Assembly: GCF_001598795.1 (NCBI RefSeq)
Contig: NZ_BCZP01000009.1
Coordinates: 120,001-152,000 of the forward strand
DNA: 32,000 nt
DNA from: Delftia acidovorans NBRC 14950
GTDB taxonomy: Bacteria > Pseudomonadota > Gammaproteobacteria > Burkholderiales > Burkholderiaceae_C
Reading direction: 5' to 3'
The notes below the pieces were generated by a model. It saw only the letters and a list, made by a program, of their open reading frames with translations. It had not been told where the DNA came from and did no database searches. The position numbers were made by a program, and so were the translations under genes. Below are positions 17,862 to 25,144 of this stretch, piece by piece. How positions within the stretch are numbered: the stretch's first letter is position 1; each line of letters opens with the position of its first letter.

Positions 17862-19072
17862 GGCGAACAGTCCCTGTCAGGAGCTGTGAAGGTTATGGCA
17901 TGCTGTAGAACGTCCACGGTCACAATGCCCCCGCGGTGCTCCTGTAGCTTGCGAAAAATCTTAAATCCTTCAATTATAGCTTGCTCCCACTGCCAAAGTT
18001 GACATTTTTCTACTTCGTAGCCTTTTACCATGCTGCTAATCTGTTTGAGCAAGCCGTAGTCTAAACCCCTAGTCTGATCATCGGTATAAAAGTTTTTTTC
18101 TTTGGCATGATTAAAAATCCAAGTAGCAATACCTTCCTCAATAATCGCTGCACGGGCTCCATCTTCATTCTCATCTATTCGAGGATCGGACTTTCGTTTT
18201 CTTTTTAATAGTCCGCGAAGAACTGGCGACCATCCGAGAAATGCCAAATATGCGAGATGGAAAACATCGTGAAAACGATAGTCATCAGGCTCATTGCTAT
18301 TGTCAGTTAGGCGGTCACCTATAAAAACTTCATTAAGGCTTTGAACGACGTGCCCGTTCTCTCGTGTGCCTCGTTCGATGAAGTTTATTTCTATTTTTGC
18401 AGGAAAGCGTTCGTGTTCAGCGAATCCTTCATCAAACGGCAGTGGATATGTTTTTTGCTCGCCAGGCCACCGGCTATGGATCTTTATAAGATTACTTCGA
18501 GCTACATCTTCTAATTTTAAATCGAAGCTGGCACAGCATATGGCAATTTCTGATAGGTGTTTTCCTATATCCTCCGCGCAATTTAGATTGGCCATGCTTT
18601 GATATTCAGTCAATCTCCTGTTAGCCATAGATCCTGCGTGATATGCAAGGATGCCTAGTTGGTGAGATCGATCAAGCGATTCAGGAGTGCGGCGGATCTC
18701 AAGTAGACTATCTATATGTCGAAAGGTTACGGGTTTGACCGCGTCTTGTAAGGACTCATGGTTTCTATTTCGCAAAGTCTTGATGCATTGTTCGCCGACA
18801 TGATCTATGTCTATTTGTAAAAAAATTGCGATATTTATTAGATACCAAAGTGCATCCCCCAGTTCTTCTCCAGCTAACTCTGCTTCTGTAGAGGCTATCT
18901 TGTCTCGTCCAATCTTTTTGATGGCAGCGAGAAGCCCACCAATCTCACCAAAATAGCCAAATATGATTTTTCGGAAACCGTCATCATTCTGTTGAAACTG
19001 ATTCGTTGAGAAAGCCTTTGCCTTGTAATCGGCAATCGATAGCGGGGCGGGTTGAGGTGAAAGCTTAAGCAT
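17858..19072 (-). CDS. MazG-like all-alpha NTP pyrophosphohydrolase domain protein (N-terminal MazG repeat, second degenerate repeat, unassigned C-terminal domain)
   Basis: 404 aa. FRKIIFGYFGEIGGLLAAIKKIGRDK...AELAGEELGDALWYLINIAIFLQIDIDHV fits the MazG E-x-x-E / E-E-x-x-D helix pair. A second repeat, LGILAYHAGSMANRRL...AEDIGKHLSEIAICCASFDLKLEDVARSNLIKIHSRWP, follows. The C-terminal ~190 aa (DDYRFHDVFHLAYLAFLGWSPVLRGLL..EDGARAAIIEEGIATWIF) is unassigned. Confidence 0.7.
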   Translation of the reverse strand: MLKLSPQPAPLSIADYKAKAFSTNQFQQNDDGFRKIIFGYFGEIGGLLAAIKKIGRDKIASTEAELAGEELGDALWYLINIAIFLQIDIDHVGEQCIKTLRNRNHESLQDAVKPVTFRHIDSLLEIRRTPESLDRSHQLGILAYHAGSMANRRLTEYQSMANLNCAEDIGKHLSEIAICCASFDLKLEDVARSNLIKIHSRWPGEQKTYPLPFDEGFAEHERFPAKIEINFIERGTRENGHVVQSLNEVFIGDRLTDNSNEPDDYRFHDVFHLAYLAFLGWSPVLRGLLKRKRKSDPRIDENEDGARAAIIEEGIATWIFNHAKEKNFYTDDQTRGLDYGLLKQISSMVKGYEVEKCQLWQWEQAIIEGFKIFRKLQEHRGGIVTVDVLQHAITFTAPDRDCSP

Positions 19073-19124
19073 AAAGAAGAATATCTTTCAAGAAAGTTTC
19101 TATATTTCTGTGCTGGCTATCTGC

Positions 19125-19165
19125 TGTTTATATTATAGCTTTTGACTCTGCTTTTTAGAATAAAA
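19125..19165 (-). promoter_or_regulatory. candidate internal promoter for the MazG-like/UDG-like gene pair
   Basis: There is a perfect TATAAT on the minus strand (19137-19132) in the 136-nt AT-rich spacer, about 60 nt upstream of ATG 19072. The -35 at a 17-nt spacing is weak (TTCTAA). Confidence 0.25.
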
Positions 19166-19208
19166 ATCGAGATTTGCTATTCTGGTTTTGTCATATTTAG
19201 CAAGATAG

Positions 19209-19823
19209 TTACCAACATTTAGGGCGGCCGCGATTTCCTCTTTCTGGTAATTTTGTGAACCAGTCAACTACTTCATCTATAAATGCATTTGAATAATTTG
19301 ACCTATAATTTCGACCATTTGGATATAAATCTTCCTGATTGAATTGCCTAAGATGAATTGGTATCATAGGTGCATTGTCACCCCAGTATATAAAGTCATT
19401 ACTTATTAAAACATTTTTAGACCCAAGATCTCGATCGAAATTCAATTGATTTACTACACCACCTTCGTAACTGTGGTGAGAATCTTCTTGGAGCCATTGC
19501 CCTTCGTAGAAATGATAGATATTGTCGCCATAAGCAGCAGATTTGCTTGAATCAAAGCTCGCTTTTTTGGCCGAAAATCTGGGGTCATCCCAGTATTGTT
19601 GAAAATTCAGCTTCTCAGTTACGCGCATGGCAAAGATCATTCTTTCTTGAAGATTGATGGCTTTGCTGCCGCAGCCGACTACAATATCTCCAACCTGAGC
19701 ACCTTCTCTAATTTGTGGTTTACACGTTGCAAGTGTGCAAACTCCATGGAATGGGTTGGGGGCAAAACCGTAGTCCCTTGATAGCTTGTACGAAAAAATT
19801 CTTGGCCGGCTCTTCATTGGCAT
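19209..19823 (-). CDS. Nmad2-like (nucleotide-modification-associated domain 2) protein
   Basis: 204 aa (or 202 aa from the second ATG at 19817, which forms ATGA with the upstream stop). The N-terminal RIFSYKLSRDYGFAPNPFHGVCTLATCKPQIREGAQVGDIVVGCGS is the signature I associate with Nmad2-family proteins. That family assignment is from memory and has not been searched. Confidence 0.6.
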   Translation of the reverse strand: MPMKSRPRIFSYKLSRDYGFAPNPFHGVCTLATCKPQIREGAQVGDIVVGCGSKAINLQERMIFAMRVTEKLNFQQYWDDPRFSAKKASFDSSKSAAYGDNIYHFYEGQWLQEDSHHSYEGGVVNQLNFDRDLGSKNVLISNDFIYWGDNAPMIPIHLRQFNQEDLYPNGRNYRSNYSNAFIDEVVDWFTKLPERGNRGRPKCW

Positions 19824-20269
19824 TTGATCCTGGGAATTTTACGTCCTGAAGTTGAGTCTTTGGGCGATTCCCATACTTCCTCGCAGTTAAGCGCTCTGGG
19901 TAATTGTGGGCTGCCGACACCCACGACTGCAGTGGATATCTCGTCGAAGATTTGGGGAAGGGAGTTTGTACTTTCTACAACGGCAATAATCTTTGTTCCT
20001 AGTGCTCCTGCATGTTTGGCTGCACTCGTTAAGCTTTCGGGGGATTTTTTAGGAATCAAAAAAATGCAAACTTCTGCATTCTCAATGCACTCTTTTATCT
20101 CGGTATTCACTTTGCTGAGATTCCCTGCTTGCGCCGCCTCTGCTGCATCTTGATCTGCAATTGAAACGCAGACCTCAAATCCATTTTCACTGAGATGCTC
20201 AACTATTTTTGGTAAATCTTCCTCAAAATCACTGGTGTATACTATGCAGGCTTTTTTTTGCATGGACAT
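19814..20269 (-). CDS. TIR-like / DUF1863-like (or nucleoside 2-deoxyribosyltransferase-like) Rossmannoid domain protein
   Basis: 151 aa. The beta-alpha pattern is KACIVYTSDFEEDLPKIVEHLSENGFEVCVSI ... EIKECIENAEVCIFLIPKKSPESLTSAAKHAGALGTKIIAVV. It is the first gene of the AT-rich operon and has no obvious SD. Confidence 0.5.
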   Translation of the reverse strand: MSMQKKACIVYTSDFEEDLPKIVEHLSENGFEVCVSIADQDAAEAAQAGNLSKVNTEIKECIENAEVCIFLIPKKSPESLTSAAKHAGALGTKIIAVVESTNSLPQIFDEISTAVVGVGSPQLPRALNCEEVWESPKDSTSGRKIPRIKCQ

Positions 20270-20506
20270 ATTTGGTTTGTTTAAATAATGTTAAGAAGCT
20301 TTATTTTTTGAAATACAAGTTCGCTAAATATTTTGAATATTTGAATTTATATGCAACCCCTATATTTAATAGTTAATCGATGCAATCTCATATAATATAT
20401 TAAGTATGAGCGTAATAGTGGATATTTAATTCTCCTAATAAAAGATATTTCACATCAGGCGCACTTTTTCTCATAGAGAACCTGTCGTTCTCCAATCGGA
20501 ACATAT
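20270..20506 (-). promoter_or_regulatory. very AT-rich upstream region of the four-gene operon (promoter presumed; contains TTGAAT direct repeats and a CTCATA/TATGAG dyad)
   Basis: This is 237 nt of ORF-free AT-rich DNA. TTGAATATTTGAATTT occurs around 20333-20348, and CTCATAtaatatattaagTATGAG around 20387-20410. I could not pin a convincing -35/-10 pair. Confidence 0.3.
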
Positions 20507-20929
20507 TCATAACCCCATAAGGCCTGCCGCCGGCTCTTTGACGCTTTTGCCGCGCTTGCCTAATCCCCCGCCGACCAGCGTTTCAAACTCTCGCCATGAC
20601 ATGTTGTTCAGCGCATCCGCGCTGGAGCTAGCCGAGATGGTTTCGAACAACCGGCTTCGGCGGCGCTGGCGCACGGCGGAAATGGCCGCGCCGGCCAAGC
20701 AGATGATGGGCAGGATGTATTGGCCTGCAGTGGCCAGGCCTTGCCAGATGGCTGTTGTGGCCAATTGGTCGATTTGCTGCGGGCTTTGTGCTGCAGGCAG
20801 GGGACGGATGGCAGTGGAGTGCAGCACCATGTAGCAGGCAATTGCCAATGCAGTGCCGGCCCACCAGGGGAGCGTGGCGATCAGATCCATGAGGTCTTCC
20901 GCCGTGCTGGACTTGCTTTTTCTTGCCAC
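20507..20929 (-). pseudogene. 5' fragment of a membrane-anchored Mrr-type restriction endonuclease gene, truncated before the nuclease domain
   Basis: MARKSKSSTAEDLMDLIATLPWWAGTALAIACYMVLH...YILPIICLAGAAISAVRQRRR...ADALNNMSWREFETLVG matches the N-terminal two-TM module plus the MSWREFE.LVG entry into the Mrr_cat domain of a common ~300-aa family. Here the ORF stops about 20 aa later, exactly where the GC content collapses (about 20507-20515). Confidence 0.6.
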
Positions 20930-21419
20930 TCCTGCCCCTCCCTTGCTTCAAGTTGCAAAACATTTTGCGACATTTGAGGGCTAAATGCATTCCTGAGTCA
21001 ATGGGTGCGGTGAAATGCATAGAAATTGACAATGACGATTTTTTCTGAAATGGCAGTCAATTCTTGCTATTTGCTATTGATTGAGTAGCGGGCAATGCAA
21101 GCCTGGCCTATGCAATTGCGGAGGCTTGCCGTTTGAGGCAATGGCGTGACCGTGCTCATTGCCGTGAGTCGCGCAGGGGACAGGATCCTTGGGGTGTGAG
21201 ATAGCAATCCGGCTGCTGTCCTTATCCCCAGTGCTGTATGAATTTGTGTCACTTGTTTGGGGGACATACAGGGCCATGGCGGCTGCCTAGCATTCGGTCG
21301 ACTGGAGCGCAAAAGAAGGACGGGCGATGACTGCGGTGCGGTCATTTCTTCAACGCCGCCGCTTGTTTGCACACCGATTCGAGGCCGAATCCGGCCTTTC
21401 ACCATCAGGAGCCTTCGCC

Positions 21420-22658
21420 ATGTCCGACTCTGCAAATTCAACGAATGCCTTCACTCCGTCTGCCGATATCTACAAGGGAATCTCCGTTCTCAGTTCAGAG
21501 GACTGGATCGGACTGACGACGTTCTTCGAGTCTGCAGTCACCGACAACCCGACCACTACGGAGCTGATGCGCGCCATGCTGGGCATGCAGAAGCAGGATG
21601 CTTTCAGGCCGGAGTTTTCCGAAGCGGTGGAGCTGTTCGTCACGCTCAAGGGTGTCGGCCAGAAGTTCAAGGCCGATGTACAGGACAAGATGCTGACCCT
21701 TGCCGACGATATCGTTCAGTACAACGATGTGGCGGCAACCACCTATGAGCGGTTGATCGAGCTGGTGGACCGTTTTGATCTGGAGGGAGCGCCCACCCCA
21801 TCGGCGGAGCCGGCAGTGGAAGCGAAATGGAAGGCCCTGGTCAAGGTTTGGGAAAGCGATACGCCCAGCGGGCGTTCGGAGCAGATCAAGCGCAATTTCA
21901 GCAGCGCGCTGGAGCAGTTGATTGAAGACGCCAATGCGCGCTCGGTGCGTGCCTTCGCGCTGCAGAACTCCATTCTTGACAACGGCAACGGAATACTGGT
22001 GCGCCTGAATGCCTGCAAGACCGCATTCAATGGACAAAAGCAGAAGTTCACGACCACTCTGGGCGCCGAGGGTGCTGCCAACCAGAAGCTGAAGGCCGCC
22101 GTGGAGAAGCTGGAGAACGACTTGAAGGCCCTGCGCCGCAAGGAAAAGGATGAAGTCATCGTGCTGTCCACGTCTCCGGCCTATCTGGCGATTCCGCTTT
22201 TCGGGCCGCTGATTCTGGCGGGGGTGGATATCGGCGTGGGTGCGGACCTTGCGGTCACGCGAAGGAAGATTGCCGAGAAGGTGGATGAGGTGAGAACCAT
22301 CCAGGCCACGATGGCTACGAACGAGCGATTCATCGGCTACTACAACCGAAGCAATGATCGCTTTGACAGCATCAGCAAGAGCATTGAAGACCTGGGTCCC
22401 AAGCTCAAGACGCTGGGCGAGGCATGGCGTGCGATTTCTGCCGATCTGGGCAACATACACAAGGTCTTGAGCACCACCGGCCGCAAGTCCCTGCAAGGGG
22501 AAAACTGGTTCAGCGTGACGGTGGTGCTGGGCACGGCCAAGAAGGGCTGGGCGCGTGTCGCCGGACACGCAGACCATTTCCGCCGTTTCGGCGGCACGCC
22601 GAAGAAGGCGCAGAGCGTGGACCAACTGGTGGAGCTTGCCAGCAAGAAGGCAGCCTGA
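21420..22658 (+). CDS. ClyA-superfamily-like alpha-helical pore-forming toxin component (XaxA/YaxA / Hbl-Nhe / Ahl-Mak-like architecture)
   Basis: Track ORF 21327..22658. I prefer ATG 21420 (AGGAG at 21407-21411, 8-nt spacer), giving 412 aa. The protein has long charged heptad-like helices (NQKLKAAVEKLENDLKALRRKEKDE; TRRKIAEKVDEVRTIQATMATNERF) flanking one ~35-residue hydrophobic segment, VIVLSTSPAYLAIPLFGPLILAGVDIGVGADLAV. No signal peptide. Confidence 0.5.
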   Translation: MSDSANSTNAFTPSADIYKGISVLSSEDWIGLTTFFESAVTDNPTTTELMRAMLGMQKQDAFRPEFSEAVELFVTLKGVGQKFKADVQDKMLTLADDIVQYNDVAATTYERLIELVDRFDLEGAPTPSAEPAVEAKWKALVKVWESDTPSGRSEQIKRNFSSALEQLIEDANARSVRAFALQNSILDNGNGILVRLNACKTAFNGQKQKFTTTLGAEGAANQKLKAAVEKLENDLKALRRKEKDEVIVLSTSPAYLAIPLFGPLILAGVDIGVGADLAVTRRKIAEKVDEVRTIQATMATNERFIGYYNRSNDRFDSISKSIEDLGPKLKTLGEAWRAISADLGNIHKVLSTTGRKSLQGENWFSVTVVLGTAKKGWARVAGHADHFRRFGGTPKKAQSVDQLVELASKKAA

Positions 22659-22723
22659 GCGGCCTGCTCCGGCCTTTGTCTAATCGCTGCACAGGTGCAG
22701 TGCCTTACCTGGAACCACCCGCC

Positions 22724-25144
22724 ATGACTTCAGCAATGACTCCCCTTGAATTGCGAACCCTGATCGATCGCTACCGAGCCGAGGGCCTGGTGCCGCCAGG
22801 GCCGCTGGTCTGCAGCGGTGGCCGCGCGCCGGACGGCAGCTTCAATCCCTTCGGCATCGTGGCCGATCTGGTGGTGGACCTGAAGGTGTCGCTGGACGAG
22901 GCCGACGCGGCCGGCCTGCAGGCGCTGGACATCCATGCCGATACCGTGGTGGTGCCCGAGGGGTTCGATAGGCGGCTTGACGGCTCGGTGCGGCGGCTGA
23001 CGGTGGTTGCCCGCCGCATTGTTTCCGAAGGCACGACGGTGTTGCGCATGCTGCATGACGAGGACAACGAGCTCAGCAGGGTGCGCATTTTCGTGGAAGC
23101 CGTGGAGGGCCGGTTCACGCTGTACGGCGGCCCCACGCGCGACACCCCTTATGCGTTGGAGGCGGTCTGGGACACGGTGACGCGGCCGCAGTTCAGCAAT
23201 TTCCTGTGGCAGGACAACCGGGCTGTGGTGAAGCACACCCCCGTGCCACCCGGCCTGTTGGAGCATGGCGAGCCGATGCACAGGGTGCTGGCCGCGCTGT
23301 TTGCCCTGAGCGCCGGCATGGCGGGCAGGCCCGGCCACAGCGAGGCTGAGCTGGCGTTGTGCCATGAGGCGCTGGCCTGGATCACGCGCTGGTCAGGGGT
23401 CGAGTCCGGGTTTGGCGAGTTGATCCAGGCGGCGGGTTCGCTGCAGCGTCTGCTGCCTGTCATGGGCGTTGACGGGTTGGCCAGGCCGATTCCTGATCTG
23501 AGCGCCGGCAGCTATCTGTCGCTGGCCAAGGCCCGGCAGGAGGTGATGGCGGCCATGGAGGCACACCTGCGCAGCCTGCGCGCCAGCGGCGAGCTGGCAG
23601 GTGCCGTGGGCAGCGTCGCGCAGGCGTTTGCAGACCGGGACACCTTGGACCTCAAGACGCTGGAGGCACGTTGCACCGAGCTGGAGCAGCGGTTGATTCA
23701 GCAGATCGAGGCCCTTGACCGCGCCGCACGCACGGTGCGCCAGGAGGAGCTTGAAGCGGAACTTGCCGCCATGCGGCTCAAGCTTGAAAGCGACGTTGCC
23801 CAGATCGTGCGCACAGTGAAGATGAGCCTGGAAATCGCCTTTGGCGTCATTGCGGTCGCGGGCAGCGTGGCGGCCCTGTGCGTGGGCGTGCCGCCCGACC
23901 CGAAGGCGTTGACCGAGACCGGTCAGAAAGGCGTGCTCGGCCTGAAGGATTTGTACGGGCAGGCCAAGACGCTTGGCGGCAGCATAGACGGCCCGCTCAA
24001 GGCGCTGAAGGCCCTGGGCCAGTCGTTTGCCATTCCGCTGCAATGGGCCAGGCACAACTCCAGCACGCTCAAGAATCTGGTGGATCCCGCCAAGGGCGCA
24101 TTGAATGCGGTGCTGCCGGTGATCCGTGGGCCGCTGGGCGGGCTGGATGTCGAGGGGATTTCCCGGGAGCTGGGCGACACCATGCGTGCACTTGCGCTCA
24201 TGCCGGATGCCAATGAAGCCAAGGCCGCCTGGACGGTGCTGGAGAACGATGCAGTCAACCGGCTGGATCTGGTGCTTGCCACGGAAGGCACCGAGGCTGC
24301 CGTGCGCAACGCCGCCAACACCCTCAAGACACAGGTGCAGAAGGTGGCCATCTATGGCCGCCTGCTGGCAGAGCAAAGCGCATCCAAGAATGCCATTGCC
24401 CGTGAGCTTGCCACGCTCAAGCTGGAGTACGTTGCGGTGATCGGCAAGCGCAAGCGCCTGCAGGCGCTGGAGCAGCAGGCGCTGACAGAGCTGGAGCGCA
24501 GCGCGCGGCTGCAGGGGGAAATCACCCTCAGGGCAGAAAGTGCGCGCCGCGGCTTCTACGTGGACTGCTTCGGGGTCCGCGCCGCACAGGCCTACGAGAC
24601 AGGCAAGCAGCCTGGTCACCGTCTTTCGATGCCGGGCACGGCCGCTGCCATGGCAGATGCACACGCCACCCTGCTGGCAGACCACGCCAGCGCGCAGGCC
24701 GCCAATGCGAGGACCCAAGGGGATCTGCGGCGGGAATTGCGGGTCACTGACGCCGCGCTGCTGCAGCAGCTGGCGCATGGGCAGCCCATCAGCCTGTCCA
24801 TTGCCACCAGCCATCCGGCACTGGCCAGCTACCGCCGCATCCGCCTTTCGTCGGTGCAGGCCTGGCTGGAGTTTGCCGATGTCTCGGCCCAGCGCATCAA
24901 TGTCGACATGGTGACTGGCCGCGACTTTCACGACAGCACGGGCAACGGGGACGAGAGGCTTTTCTGCTCGCCCCTGAAGATCAACTTCACCTACGCCGGC
25001 GACCAGATCGAGTTCTCGCAGCATCTGGGAGACGTCTGCCCGACGCCGTTCACGACCTGGCTGATCGAAGTGCTGGAGCCCCGACAGATGCCGGCAGCGC
25101 CTCGGGCCCTGCGCCTGTTGATGGCCGGCACTGCAGCCAAATGA
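22724..25144 (+). CDS. large (806 aa) coiled-coil protein with a single central hydrophobic helix; putative second toxin component
   Basis: Track ORF 22424..25144. The first ATG downstream of the upstream gene's stop codon is 22724 (weak SD, so the start is uncertain). Coiled-coil stretches (LEARCTELEQRLIQQIEALDRAARTVRQEELEAELAAMRLKLESD; KRKRLQALEQQALTELERSARLQGE) flank IAFGVIAVAGSVAALCVGV. The N- and C-terminal domains are unassigned. Confidence 0.5.
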   Translation: MTSAMTPLELRTLIDRYRAEGLVPPGPLVCSGGRAPDGSFNPFGIVADLVVDLKVSLDEADAAGLQALDIHADTVVVPEGFDRRLDGSVRRLTVVARRIVSEGTTVLRMLHDEDNELSRVRIFVEAVEGRFTLYGGPTRDTPYALEAVWDTVTRPQFSNFLWQDNRAVVKHTPVPPGLLEHGEPMHRVLAALFALSAGMAGRPGHSEAELALCHEALAWITRWSGVESGFGELIQAAGSLQRLLPVMGVDGLARPIPDLSAGSYLSLAKARQEVMAAMEAHLRSLRASGELAGAVGSVAQAFADRDTLDLKTLEARCTELEQRLIQQIEALDRAARTVRQEELEAELAAMRLKLESDVAQIVRTVKMSLEIAFGVIAVAGSVAALCVGVPPDPKALTETGQKGVLGLKDLYGQAKTLGGSIDGPLKALKALGQSFAIPLQWARHNSSTLKNLVDPAKGALNAVLPVIRGPLGGLDVEGISRELGDTMRALALMPDANEAKAAWTVLENDAVNRLDLVLATEGTEAAVRNAANTLKTQVQKVAIYGRLLAEQSASKNAIARELATLKLEYVAVIGKRKRLQALEQQALTELERSARLQGEITLRAESARRGFYVDCFGVRAAQAYETGKQPGHRLSMPGTAAAMADAHATLLADHASAQAANARTQGDLRRELRVTDAALLQQLAHGQPISLSIATSHPALASYRRIRLSSVQAWLEFADVSAQRINVDMVTGRDFHDSTGNGDERLFCSPLKINFTYAGDQIEFSQHLGDVCPTPFTTWLIEVLEPRQMPAAPRALRLLMAGTAAK

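Noticed and set aside
21026-21031. Consensus -35 hexamer TTGACA upstream of the toxin-like operon
   Set aside because: There is no acceptable -10 hexamer at a 16-18 nt spacing (AAATGG/AATGGC/ATGGCA), and the site lies almost 400 nt upstream of the start codon. It is not supportable as a promoter call.
21495-22625. 376-aa minus-strand ORF
   Set aside because: It is antisense to the alpha-PFT-like gene. It has no SD, and its Arg/Leu/Gly-rich composition looks like a shadow frame.
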